Assembly (NCBI GenBank): GCA_963798915.1
Contig: CAWCVB010000007.1
Coordinates: 128,001-192,000, forward strand
Direction: 5' to 3'
From: an uncultured Gemmatimonadales bacterium
GTDB taxonomy: Bacteria > Gemmatimonadota > Gemmatimonadetes > Gemmatimonadales > GWC2-71-9
Length of the DNA stretch: 64,000 nt
A program made the position numbers and the translations under genes. Shown here one piece after another: positions 9,970 through 22,310 of the stretch. Numbering within the stretch: the stretch's first letter is position 1; the number at the start of each line of letters is the position of its first letter. The notes below the pieces were generated by a model that was not told the origin of the DNA, did no database searches, and worked only from the letters and a program-made list of their open reading frames with translations.

Positions 9970-10398
9970 CTATGCCGTGGCGCCGCAGAACTTCTCGAAC
10001 GCCTGCGCCAGGTTGTCGGCGATGCTCTGCGGGCTCCGCCCCTCAATCTGATGCCGATGGACAAAATGTACCACTTCGCCATCGCGCAGCAGCGCCACCG
10101 ATGGCGACGACGGCTGATAGTCGGCAAAGTACTGGCGCGCCCGTGCCGTGGCCTCGGTGTCCTGGCCGGCAAAGACGGTGAGCACCCGGTCGGGCCGGAC
10201 GTCGTGCTTCAGCGCCAGTGAGAGTGCCGGCCGGGCATTGCCTGCCGCGCAGCCGCAGACGGAATTGACAAAGATCAGCGTGGTGCCACGCGCGTCGCCC
10301 AGCGCGGCATCCACCTCGGCCGCTGTCTTCAGTTCCTCGGCGCCCATCTGCGTCATCTCGGCACGCATCGGCGCCACCAGCTGCTCGGGGTAAGGCAT
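9970..10398 (-). CDS. BrxA/BrxB family bacilliredoxin (YphP/YqiW)
   Basis: MPYPEQLVAPMRAE, VNSVCGCAAGNARP (CGC motif), TVFAGQD, PSSPS, RHQIEG. Confidence 0.93.
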   Translation of the reverse strand: MPYPEQLVAPMRAEMTQMGAEELKTAAEVDAALGDARGTTLIFVNSVCGCAAGNARPALSLALKHDVRPDRVLTVFAGQDTEATARARQYFADYQPSSPSVALLRDGEVVHFVHRHQIEGRSPQSIADNLAQAFEKFCGATA

Positions 10399-10439
10399 TT
10401 CTGCTCCAGATCCAGGACGGTTGATCGAGGCCTCTTGCC

Positions 10440-10886
10440 TCATTCGGTCGTGACAGTCGATTCGGGCGACTCGAGCGCCGCCTTCAGGGTGTGCCAGGAA
10501 AGACTGGCGCACTTGACCCGCACCGGAAATTCGGCCACACCCTTGAACACCGCGAGCTTGCCCAGCTCAGCCGAGGTATCGGCCTTGCCGGTGACGAGCG
10601 CATGAAAACGGCTGAACAGGTCGAGCGCTTCCTGCCGGGTCCTGCCCTTGACGGCGCTGGTCATCAGTGAGGCGCTTGCCTTGCTGATGGCGCAGCCGGC
10701 GCCCTCGAACTTTACATCCTCGATCCGGTCGTCGTCGCCCAGCTTGACCCAGACGGAGAGCTCGTCGCCGCAGAGGGGATTCTGCCCCTCGGCATGGCGG
10801 TTGGCGTCGTCCAGGCGGCCAAAGTTGCGCGGCGAGCGGTTGTGGTCGAGGATGACGCTCTGGTACAGCTCGTTCATGGTGCCCAT
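10440..10886 (-). CDS. sufU: SUF system NifU-family Fe-S assembly protein SufU
   Basis: LYQSVILDH, NPLCGD, GCAISKASAS, RVKCASLSW. Confidence 0.95.
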   Translation of the reverse strand: MGTMNELYQSVILDHNRSPRNFGRLDDANRHAEGQNPLCGDELSVWVKLGDDDRIEDVKFEGAGCAISKASASLMTSAVKGRTRQEALDLFSRFHALVTGKADTSAELGKLAVFKGVAEFPVRVKCASLSWHTLKAALESPESTVTTE

Positions 10887-12127
10887 CACCCGAACACCTG
10901 TCGCGCCGAGACCAGCGCGGCGACCAGCGCCTCGGCCTCGGCCTCGGTGTTGTAGAGCGCGAAGGAGGCACGCGCCGTCGCGGGCACTCCCAGCCGCTTC
11001 ATGAGCGGCTGGGCGCAATGATGACCGGTCCGGATGCAGACACCGGCGCTGTCGAGCACGGTCCCGATGTCGTGAGGGTGAATACCGTCCATGATGAAGC
11101 TCAACACCGACGCCTTGAGCGGGGCAGTGCCGATGATCCTGAGCCCCGGGACCTCCATCACCAGCTCAGTAGCATGGGTGAGCAGCCGGTGCTCGTGCTC
11201 GGCGATCCGGTCCCGGCCGATCTGCTCGATGTATTCGACCGCGGCGCCGAAGCCGACGGCGCCGGCGATGTTGGGCGTGCCGGCCTCGAACTTGGCCGGC
11301 AGGGGCGCCCAGGTGCTGCCGGCAAAGCTCACCGTATTGATCATGTCACCGCCGCCCTGGTAGGGCGGCATGGCATCGAGCAGGGCTTCGCGACCATAGA
11401 GGGCGCCGATGCCGGTGGGGCCCAGCATCTTGTGGCTGGAAAAAGCGTAGAAGTCCGCGCCCAGCGCCTGCACGTCGAGCGGCAGGTGGGGCGCGGCCTG
11501 GGCACCGTCCACCACCAGCACGGCACCGGCAGCATGGGCCAGGTCGGCGATGCGCCGCACCGGGTTGATCGTGCCCAGCGCGTTGGACACATGCGCCACC
11601 GCCACCACCTGCGTGCGGTCGCTGATCAGCCGGGCAAGGGCCTCGAGGTCGAGTTCGCCGCTGTCGGTCACTGGCGCCGGCCGGACGGTGGCGCCAGTCT
11701 GCTCCGCCATCAATTGCCACGGCACGATGTTGGAGTGATGCTCCATCTCGGTTACGAGGATTTCGTCGCCGGGCCCGAGCCGGGGCCGAGCCCAGCTCTG
11801 CGCAATGAGGTTGATGCCCTCGGTGGTGCCGCGGGTGAAGATCACTTCGTGCGCGTGGGCCGCGCCGATGTAGCCGGCCACGGCCTCCCGTGCTGCGTCA
11901 TAGCGACGGGTGGCCTCGGCACTCAGGGCGTACACGCCGCGATGGATGTTGGCGTTGGTGGTTTCGTAGAACCCGCGCTCCGCGTCCAGCACGGCACGCG
12001 GCTTCTGGCTGGACGCCGCACTGTCGAGATAGACCAGTGGGCGCCCGTGCATGCTGGTGCCGAGAATCGGAAAGTCACGGCGCACCGCTTCGACATCGAG
12101 GCGCGGGAGGGCGGCGGTGGTGGTCAT
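10886..12127 (-). CDS. sufS: Cysteine desulfurase SufS
   Basis: YLDSAASSQKP, EHHSN, DGAQ, SSHKM (PLP Lys), RTGHHCAQP. Confidence 0.96.
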   Translation of the reverse strand: MTTTAALPRLDVEAVRRDFPILGTSMHGRPLVYLDSAASSQKPRAVLDAERGFYETTNANIHRGVYALSAEATRRYDAAREAVAGYIGAAHAHEVIFTRGTTEGINLIAQSWARPRLGPGDEILVTEMEHHSNIVPWQLMAEQTGATVRPAPVTDSGELDLEALARLISDRTQVVAVAHVSNALGTINPVRRIADLAHAAGAVLVVDGAQAAPHLPLDVQALGADFYAFSSHKMLGPTGIGALYGREALLDAMPPYQGGGDMINTVSFAGSTWAPLPAKFEAGTPNIAGAVGFGAAVEYIEQIGRDRIAEHEHRLLTHATELVMEVPGLRIIGTAPLKASVLSFIMDGIHPHDIGTVLDSAGVCIRTGHHCAQPLMKRLGVPATARASFALYNTEAEAEALVAALVSARQVFG

Positions 12128-12128
12128 G

Positions 12129-13426
12129 CTATTCCAATGATCCCAGCCGCTCGAGCAGCAGGCGGTCCAGCTCCTCGCGCACTGGCGTGAGCGCCACCTC
12201 CGAGACCACCTCGGCCGCAAAGGCGTAGGTCAGGAGTCGCATGGCCTCCACCTGGGGAATGCCCCGGCTCCGGGCGTAGAACAGCGCCACGTCATCCAGC
12301 TGGCCCACCGTGGCGCCATGGGTGCACCTGACGTCATCCGCAAAGATCTCCAGCTGCGGCTTGGTATCGACCCGAGCCGTGCGGGACAGGAGCAGGTTGC
12401 GGTTGGTCTGCTTGGCGTCGGTCTTCTGCGCCTCGGGCTTCACGAACACCTTGCCGTTGAATACCGCGCGCGACTTCCCGTCCAGGACGCCCTTGTACAC
12501 TTCCCAGCTTCGGCAATCGGGATGATCGTGGAAGATGGCGGTGTGGTTGTCCACCAGCTGCTCGCCACGGGTAAGGTAGAGGCCGTAGAGCAGCGTCTCG
12601 ACATTCGAGGCGTTGAGATGCGCATCGAGGTTGTGCCGCGCGGTGGCGCCGCCCATGGCGAGCGTGAAGGAGCGGTAGTGGCTGTCCGCGGCCTGCTCCA
12701 CATGGGTGCGGCCGATGTGATAGGCCTGCTCGCTCTCCCGCTGGATGCGGGTGTGCTCCACCCAGGAGTTGGCGCCGGTTACCACCTCGGTCACCACGTT
12801 GGTAAAGTACCGCGACCCGGGCGCCACCGTCACGTAGCTCTCGACGATCGACGCGTTCGCGCCATCCTCGATGATGAAGAGATTGCGGGGATGGGTGGCC
12901 GCCCCGGCTGCCTCGCCGGTGCTCACGAACAGGACCGTAACCGGCTGCTCCAGTGTCACGCCTCGGGGCACGTGCACAAACGCTCCGTCCTTCAGGAACG
13001 CGGTGTTGAGTGCCGTGAAGGCGCTGGTGGCGATCGGCGCGTGGCGCGCCACGTGCGCTTCCAGCGACGGGTCCGCCGTCACGGCCTCCGCCAAGCTGCC
13101 GAGGCGCACCCCTGCCGGCAGGGCAGGGATCTGGGAGAGCCCGCCATCAAAGCGGCCATTGATGAACACCAGCCGGGGCCACTCAGGATGGCCAAAGTGG
13201 AAAGGCGCAACCTCCGCCTCTGTGACCGAGGCAGCGGGCGCCGGCACGAACTCCGACGAGGTAATGGCCGCCAAGGGTGTGAAGCGCCATTCCTCATCCC
13301 GCTGCGAGGGGAAGCCGGACGCAGCGAAGCTCTCAAAGGCGGCGCGCCGCACCGGCACCAGCCATGCGGGCTCGGCGCCGCCATTCCGGCTGGCCACGTC
13401 AAACTGCTTCTGGTACGAAACTGCCG

Positions 13427-13430
<4 letters not shown>
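12129..13430 (-). CDS. sufD: Fe-S cluster assembly protein SufD
   Basis: EEWRFT, AVFNGKVFV, KTDAKQ, KPQLEIFADDVRCTHGAT; GTG start overlaps the sufC TGA. Confidence 0.95.
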
Positions 13431-14200
<770 letters not shown>

Positions 14201-14295
14201 GACTCCTGTGATGATAGGGACCGGTTTGGGGCTTAGGGCGAAGGGCTGATGCCTGTCCCTCGGCCCTGGCCCCTAACCTCCAACCCTGACTCCTC

Positions 14296-15725
<1,430 letters not shown>

Positions 15726-15729
<4 letters not shown>

Positions 15730-16421
15730 GTGTGCTCCTGATCCGTGACCGCCGCATCGGCCGGCGGCCGGAAGCGGACGGTGTATTGGCACGCGCCATC
15801 ACCGCTCAACAGGTGCTGGCGGCGCTCGATCGTGCCGCCCAGCGTCCGCTCGAGGAAGCGTTCCTCGGCAGCGCAGATCTCGGGAAACCGCTCCGACACC
15901 GCACGCAGGGCGCAATGATGCTCGGTAAGTGACCCACAGCAGAATGTCGCGGCACCTTCGGCCATGTACCCCTCAGCCGTCCGAGCCGCCGCGACGATGG
16001 CCATCCGCTCCGGCGGCCCGGCGTTCCGGAGCGCCGGCGCCAGCCGACCGGCCTGGCTCTCGAACTGCGATTCGATGAACTGCACCGCGGCAGGCCGGCC
16101 CACGGTGGCCACCAGATGCTCCAGCAGCTGGGTCAGCGTTTCCTTATAGCGCTCAGGGAAGAGCGCCTCACCCGCCGCTGTCAGGTGGTAGGCGTGACCC
16201 GGCGCTCCCACCCGGCCCGACGGGTTGCGAGCCCAATCCACTGTCCCCGCCGCCTCGAGTTCCTTGAGATGGTGGCGGATGGCATTCATGGAAAGCCCCA
16301 GCCGGCGGGCCAGTTCCTTGGCCTCCAGGCCCGGCGTACGCTTGAGCTCCACGACCACCGCTCCCCTCGGCCCCTTGAAGCCGGCGGGAAGCTGGTCGGT
16401 GAGCAGATCAGGTGAGGCCAT
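15726..16421 (-). CDS. sufR: SufR-like HTH transcriptional regulator with a C-terminal Fe-S binding Cys cluster
   Basis: HTH ([20 protein letters not shown]), FPERY, EHHCAL...PEICAAE...ACQY; first gene of the suf operon. Confidence 0.85.
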
Positions 16422-16430
16422 AGACGCGGA

Positions 16431-16459
16431 ATGGTAACTGCAAAAGTCGGGATTCGCAA
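16431..16459 (-). promoter_or_regulatory. Sigma70-like promoter of the suf operon
   Basis: TTGCGA-17 bp-TACCAT; the -10 box ends 9 nt before the sufR ATG. Confidence 0.6.
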
Positions 16460-16705
16460 GGTTCGTCGGGTGGAATTGGTGTGAATTGTAAAGTGATATG
16501 GAGAAACGGGTTAGAGGTCTTCGGTCGTCCGTCATCGGTCGTGGACGGCTCTGAGCTCAATTGCCCTGGCGGAGCAAAAGGCCCGAAACTTCGACTGAGC
16601 CATGCCCCTTCGGTCGCTGCGCTCCCGCAGGCTGACACGTTGACGACCGATGACCGATGACCGACGACCGTTGACCGTTCTCCCTCCATTCCCGATCTTC
16701 TTCCC

Positions 16706-17279
16706 ATGACCATCCACCGCATCCGCCTCCTGGGCGACCCTATCCTCCGTGCCCTCTGCGAGCCCATCGAGAAGCCCTCGTCAGCCGCCATTCGGGTAAT
16801 TCTGGACGACATGCGCGAGACCCTGCGGGATTGGCAGAGCCGCTTTGGCAGCGGCCGGGCCATCGCAGCGCCCCAGATCGGGGCGCCAGTGCGGATGGTC
16901 TACGCCGAGATGGAAAAGCCCTGGGTGCTCATCAACCCCGAGATTGTGGACATTGGCAACGAGGACTTCAGCGTCTGGGACGACTGCTTCTCGTTTCCCA
17001 ATCTGCTGGTCCGGGTCTCACGTGCCTACCGGCTCCGGGTGCGCTACCAGGACCAGAAGGGTGCGTGGCATGAGGATGACCTGGAAGGGCGACCGGGCCG
17101 AGCTGGTGCAGCACGAACTCGACCACCTGGACGGCGTCCTGACCGTGGACCGGCCGCACGGCCTGGATCCCTTCTGTCTCAGGGAGGAATGGAACCGGCT
17201 CCACGCGGCAAGCGGGCGCTATGGTCCGCCGGAACCGCGAACCGGCATCTATGCGACGCCGTTGACAGGGCTGTTGTGA
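16706..17279 (+). CDS. def: Peptide deformylase family protein, frameshifted near 17088
   Basis: LGDPILR, AIAAPQIG, INPEI and DDCFS in one frame; QHELDHLDG in the next. Removing one G from GAAGGGCGAC joins them. Confidence 0.85.
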
Positions 17280-17282
17280 GGC

Positions 17283-17325
17283 GGCTGGACGGCTAGACGG
17301 CTAGACGGCTAGACGGCTGGACGGC
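17283..17325. repeat. Octamer tandem repeat (GGCTRGAC)x5
   Basis: Directly visible after def. Confidence 0.9.
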
Positions 17326-17368
17326 AAGTTGCCCAGTTTCTGCTCCCAAACACCAGCTCGCTCGCCCA

Positions 17369-18988
17369 CTAGCTCTCTCGCCCATTCGCCGTCTCCTCCG
17401 GCATCGCCGCCTGGTTGCCATCCCTCAGCGCGTTGTAATGCGGCGACATGATCTCGACCCCCGCTTCGTTGAACTTGTCCTGGATGTTCTGGTGCAGCTC
17501 GGCATAGATCGCAGCCATCCGCGCCGGCTTGTGGGTGTAGGCGTTGATCTCGTACTGCACGTAGAAATCATCCAGCGCCGTCTGCAGCACAAACGGCTTG
17601 GGTGTGTCAACGAGGTCGGTCGTGGCCGTGGCCGCGGCACAGAGCAGCTCGTGCACCTGCCGCCAGGGCGCGTCGTAACCGATGGTCACGGTGGTGTGCA
17701 GGATCAGCCCGTCCTCGTGCGCCGCCGTGGTGTAGTTGATGATATGGCTGCCCAGCACCATGCCGTTGGGAATGGTCACTTCCACGTTCTTGATGGTCCG
17801 CACCCTCGTAACCAGCAGCGTACGTTCCAGTACGTCGCCCGTCGTATCCGAGATCCGGACCCGGTCGCCCACCTCGAATGCCCGGGCGTAGGTCAGCACT
17901 ACCCCCGACACCACATTGGCAATCGCCGAGCTCGAGCCCAGTGAAAAGAGCACGCCGAGGAAGATGGAGATGCCCTTGAATGCATCGCTGTGCGCGCCCG
18001 GCAGATAGGGGAACAGCACCACCGCCGCGAACGCCAGCATCAGGAAGCGAACGATCTTGAAGGTCGGCTCGGCCCACTCGCGGTGGAACCCCGTCAGTGT
18101 CACCGCGCCGGTCCGCAGCGCACGGAACACCAGGTGCACCACCTTGATCGCGTAGCGCAGCGCCAGGATGATGATGCCGATGTAGAACAGGTTGGGCAGG
18201 TACGTCACCAGTGCCTGCCAGAGCTGCGCCAGCGGTGCCAGCACGTACCAGGTCATGCGGGGCGCGTATTGCTGGGTCCAGGGGAAGAAGCTGAGCACCA
18301 GCGGAATGAAGAAATACAGCAGCACGACCGTGAGTACGATCCGTGCCACTCGCGCGGCGGCAATCAGCAGGTTGGTGAGCCGTGTCGACGACATCAGCAC
18401 CAGCCGCTGGACCCTGAGCGCCGGTATCCGGGTGCCGCGCCAGCTTTCCAGCGTCCGGTAGATGCGGGGAAACAGAAGCTTGAAGAGCCAGAGCAGAAGG
18501 ACCAGCAGGAGAATGGCGCCACCGGCGTAGGCCGCGTCCACCAGCAGCCCTTCGAAGCTAAACTTTTCGACCGCGCCGGCGAGCGTGCCCGAGATCCGGC
18601 TGGCGTAGCGTTGCGCCGCCTGTTCCGTCGTGAGATGAAGCGGGACAGCATCCGCGGGCATCACCGTCATGATGATGCTGTCACCCAGCGCCAATATTGA
18701 ACCGTTGGTTCCTGTCCGCACCGTCACCGAGTCGAACAGATCCCCTGTGCGTATGTAGCGATCCAGGCGGGCCGAAATGGCGGCCGCACGATCTTCCGCG
18801 CTGAATGCGCCCAGCCGCCCATAGAGCTTGAACAGGGTATCGCCCATGACGACAACGCCAGCACCCACCGGTGCCGGAGCCAGACTGTCAGCGGCGACAG
18901 AATCCTGCGCCCTGGCGGCGCCGGGAACGCCGGCGACCAAGGCGAGCCAGACCAGGATCGTGCCGGGGCGTCCGATGCGGAGGCTCAA
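17369..18988 (-). CDS. MscS-family mechanosensitive channel with N-terminal periplasmic extension
   Basis: SLGSSSAIANVVSG, FEVGDRVRI, VTIPNG, VTIGYD, FNEAGVEIMSPHY; start inferred at a TTG overlapping the upstream stop. Confidence 0.9.
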   Translation of the reverse strand: MSLRIGRPGTILVWLALVAGVPGAARAQDSVAADSLAPAPVGAGVVVMGDTLFKLYGRLGAFSAEDRAAAISARLDRYIRTGDLFDSVTVRTGTNGSILALGDSIIMTVMPADAVPLHLTTEQAAQRYASRISGTLAGAVEKFSFEGLLVDAAYAGGAILLLVLLLWLFKLLFPRIYRTLESWRGTRIPALRVQRLVLMSSTRLTNLLIAAARVARIVLTVVLLYFFIPLVLSFFPWTQQYAPRMTWYVLAPLAQLWQALVTYLPNLFYIGIIILALRYAIKVVHLVFRALRTGAVTLTGFHREWAEPTFKIVRFLMLAFAAVVLFPYLPGAHSDAFKGISIFLGVLFSLGSSSAIANVVSGVVLTYARAFEVGDRVRISDTTGDVLERTLLVTRVRTIKNVEVTIPNGMVLGSHIINYTTAAHEDGLILHTTVTIGYDAPWRQVHELLCAAATATTDLVDTPKPFVLQTALDDFYVQYEINAYTHKPARMAAIYAELHQNIQDKFNEAGVEIMSPHYNALRDGNQAAMPEETANGRES

Positions 18989-19551
18989 CCCTCCATGTCC
19001 TGCGGCAAGGGGTTGCCCGGCCGCTCGCCATCCCAGAAGACGCTGACGATCCACCATCGGTGACCGTCCCAGAAAAGCTGAATCGAATTGATGCCGCGCT
19101 GGAATGGGGTGGTCTCATCCCGGCGGAAGCTCGCATAGGAACTGAAGACGTGGGCGATGTTGCCGTAGCGCTCGACGTGGTTCACCAGCGACTGCTCGCG
19201 GAACCCGAGCGCCTGCAGCAGCGAATCAGCGGCCTGCTGATACTGCTCCGCGGTAAAGATGCGCCGGTGACAGTGGCCGGCCGAGTCGCAACCGGTCGGG
19301 ATGAACTGCACCGCGGGATCCAGCAGCGAATAGAACCGGGCCCACTGCCTGGGCTGGCCCACCGGCCCGCTGATGGTCTGATAGAGCGCGGAGACGATTG
19401 AATCGACGGTAGCGACATCGGTGGAAACCGCAGGCGGCTGGGCGGTCGTCGCGGTATCGCGCGTGACCTGGGCCTGGGCCGACGCGGTGGTTGCCAGCGT
19501 CACCACGATCGCCATCACGACGATTGCTGTTGAGCGTATCAGCGCTCTCAT
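18985..19551 (-). CDS. Secreted hypothetical protein, NTF2/SnoaL-like fold
   Basis: Signal peptide; LYQTISGP, YGNIAHVFSSY, RGINSIQL, RWWIVSVFWD. Confidence 0.8.
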   Translation of the reverse strand: MRALIRSTAIVVMAIVVTLATTASAQAQVTRDTATTAQPPAVSTDVATVDSIVSALYQTISGPVGQPRQWARFYSLLDPAVQFIPTGCDSAGHCHRRIFTAEQYQQAADSLLQALGFREQSLVNHVERYGNIAHVFSSYASFRRDETTPFQRGINSIQLFWDGHRWWIVSVFWDGERPGNPLPQDMEG

Positions 19552-19648
19552 CTCGGATAGCCTCCGCTTGCGAATCAGTATGAATGGACGGCGCGCGCCA
19601 CCGAGGAAAAGCTACGGCTGGATCCGGATCCAGACCATGCCCGTCCTG

Positions 19649-21701
19649 TCAAAACCATCGCCCCAGTCGCACGAACAGCAGTTCCCGGTCGCCGGTGAAG
19701 CCCAGCTCGACCCGCACCGGTCCCACCGGCGTGTCGGCGCCGACGCCACCCCGGATGCCGGTGTGCCAGCCGCCGCTACCGAGCAGCGCCCCGCCCGTCG
19801 CTGAGCGGCCAACCATGCCGTCCACCCGCACATGCAGCGGTCCGACCACCGGGTAGGCGAGTGCCAGGCCAGCCAGGGCTTCCCGGTCTCCTCGCAGTTC
19901 GCCGATGTGCAGCCCGGCAAAGCCGTCGTCGCCGCCCAGCACGAGGGTGTGCTGCAACGGAAGATCCTCGCCCGCGCCGAGGCGAACATGAGGATTGAGG
20001 TCCAGCGCGCCAAGGGGAATGACCGGGGACAGATCCACGCTCAGGCGCTTGAACTCCTGGTTCCAGGTGGCATTGATCGTGACGTCTCGGGTTCCGTTCC
20101 GGTTCAGATGCGTGAGTTCGAACTCGGCACCCAGCGCATCGGCCGTGCTGCGGTCATCGTTTCTCCACCAGAGCGCCGAGCCGCTCAGGGTCGTCGTCCA
20201 GCTTCGGAAGAAGGTGCGTTCAGCACCGAGCAGCGCTTCCGCCTCCCGGGTCCGGTCGATGCCGATCTGTTCGCCCATCGCATCGAAGCGGCGGATATGC
20301 TCGAAGCCTACCCTGACGGTTGCTCGGGGCACCACCAGCTGACCCAGCAGCTCGCGCTGCTTCTGCAGTCCCAGGACGAGGTCCTTCTGGAGGTTGCCGA
20401 CTTCGCCCAGGATGCTCGCCGCCGCACCGCCAGGCAGGGAACGATCCACGGCACCAGCCCAGAACCTGCCGCCCATGTCATTGTCATATGCCGCGCCCAG
20501 CGCTGCGACCCTCACGGGCCCGCGTTCAGGGACCACGTGCAGCTGGACGCTGTCGCCCTGGCCCGCTGGATGCAGCCAGAGGGCGGTAAACCGATCCGAG
20601 GCCCCCAGCTTGAGGAGACGTGAACGGAGCCGGTCGGCATCGAGGGCGTCGCTGCCGGCGAGGCCCAGCAGCGTCGCGACGTCGGTGGCCTTGTGCCGGG
20701 CGGTGTCCTCGACTGTGATGCCCGTCAGCACCGACGGTTCCGCGATGCGCGGCACCGTGCCAGTGGGCGGACAGGTCATGGCCGGCAGGACCGTGTCGGC
20801 CGCGAGCCGTCCGCGCAGGATCAATGCGTTCACCCGCCAGGGTGTGAAGTCCAGGCTGCGAAAGCCAGCCACGTTCGGGCGGACGTAGATGTCGTTCATC
20901 GCCCAGCGAATCGAGCGGCTGCTCGAAGAGGTAGCCCAGCATCCGCTCCGCCAGCGTCACCGGCGAAAAGAAATTGAGTGAATCGGGCGCCCGCTCGGTT
21001 GCATCGGCCACGATCAGCCGCTCGGCGCCCGCCGCGCGCGCGATGGCGATCGGCACGTTGGCGCTGAGGCCGCCGTCAGCCAGAAACTGTCGGCCGAACT
21101 GTTCGGGCGGAAAGATGAAGGGGATCGCTATGCTGGCGCGCACCGCCTGCGCCAGATCCCCGTGCGAAAGCACCACGGGCCGGTGGGTGCCGAGGTCGGT
21201 GGCGACGATGAGCAGCGGAATCGGGAGCCGACTGAAGTCGCCCCGCGCAATCAGGTTGCCGCGCAGCATCGCAGCGTCGAGCAGGGCGTTGGCCTCAGGC
21301 TCGTGGACGGCGGGATTCTGCAGGTTGAAGCCATGGTCACCCTGCTCCCAGACGAGCAGCGGTTGCAGCTGTCCCAACGCGCGGGGCGCCCGCGGATCGA
21401 AAGTGCCGAACAAGGTCCCGATCGGAAAGGCGCGCGCCAGCGAGTCGATGGTGGAGGCGGGATAGCCGCTGGCATACATGGCGCCGACGGCCGCACCCAT
21501 GCTGCTGCCGACGATCAGGTCGGGGCGGATGCCCAGGCTGTCCAGCGTGCGCAGCAGTCCGATATGCGTCAGCCCCTTGGCGCCGCCGCCGGACAGCACC
21601 AGTGCCGTGCGCGGGGCGGCGCACTGCTGTGCGGCCGCGGTGCGCGCAGCCGCCAGCGTAAGCAGCACAAGGGAGAGAGACCGGACCCGGAAGTTCCGCA
21701 T
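19649..21701 (-). CDS. Patatin-like phospholipase with C-terminal outer-membrane barrel (PlpD-like), frameshifted near 20900
   Basis: Signal peptide, [13 protein letters not shown] and DGG in 20900-21701; the barrel part in the adjacent frame ends GPVRVELG...LFVRLGRWF. Confidence 0.85.
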
Positions 21702-21810
21702 GGCGCCGAAAGCTAATCAGCCCCTTGCGCGGCATTGGGCACGTTGCAATTCTTGGCTCACGCGAAACGCTCGCGCCCCCTTTGTCTTCCCTGCTGGAGG
21801 TACCGCCGCA

Positions 21811-22074
21811 ATGCCGTACGTGATCACCGAGGCCTGTATTGGCGTGAAGGACCGGGCCTGTGTGGATGTCTGTCCGGTGGACTGCATCTACGAAGGGGAA
21901 GATCAGCTGTACATCCACCCCGATGAGTGCATTGATTGCGGCGCATGCGAACCGGAGTGCCCGGTGACGGCAATCTTCCCGGAGGAGGATGTGCCGCCTA
22001 CCCTCACGTCGTTCATCGAGAAGAATCGCGAGATCTTCAACAGCGACGCGCCGCCGGGGAGGCCGGAGAGGTAG
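21811..22074 (+). CDS. Dicluster (7Fe-type, FdxA-like) ferredoxin
   Basis: [18 protein letters not shown]...[20 protein letters not shown]. Confidence 0.95.
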   Translation: MPYVITEACIGVKDRACVDVCPVDCIYEGEDQLYIHPDECIDCGACEPECPVTAIFPEEDVPPTLTSFIEKNREIFNSDAPPGRPER

Positions 22075-22093
22075 GCGGACAGGCGGAGAGTGA

Positions 22094-22128
22094 GTCGACG
22101 GTCGACGGTCGACGGTCGACGGTCGACG
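22094..22128. repeat. Heptamer tandem repeat (GTCGACG)x5
   Basis: Directly visible. Confidence 0.9.
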
Positions 22129-22142
22129 AAGCTCGCTTGATC

Positions 22143-22257
22143 GTCACCCCGGTGCAAACCGGGGCCCATGAGGGACTCGGACACGGCAACTACGCACGGG
22201 TGGACCCTCATGGATTCCCCGTCATTCCCGCGAAAGCGGGAAGTTCTCGGGAATGAC
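22143..22257. repeat. Composite palindromic element of the GTCATTCCCGCGAAAGCGGGAA type
   Basis: Hairpins CCCCGGT-gcaa-ACCGGGG, CCATGAGGG...CCCTCATGG and TTCCCGC-gaaa-GCGGGAA; ends GGGAATGAC. Confidence 0.8.
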
Positions 22258-22310
22258 GGTTCGACGACAACCTGCCCGTCTCGCCCGCCCTGCCCATCTC
22301 GCCCGTCCTG

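Noticed and set aside
17080..17095. Programmed ribosomal frameshift in def (likewise pyrE)
   Set aside because: No slippery heptamer or stimulatory structure; a single extra G in a G-run is more simply a sequencing error.
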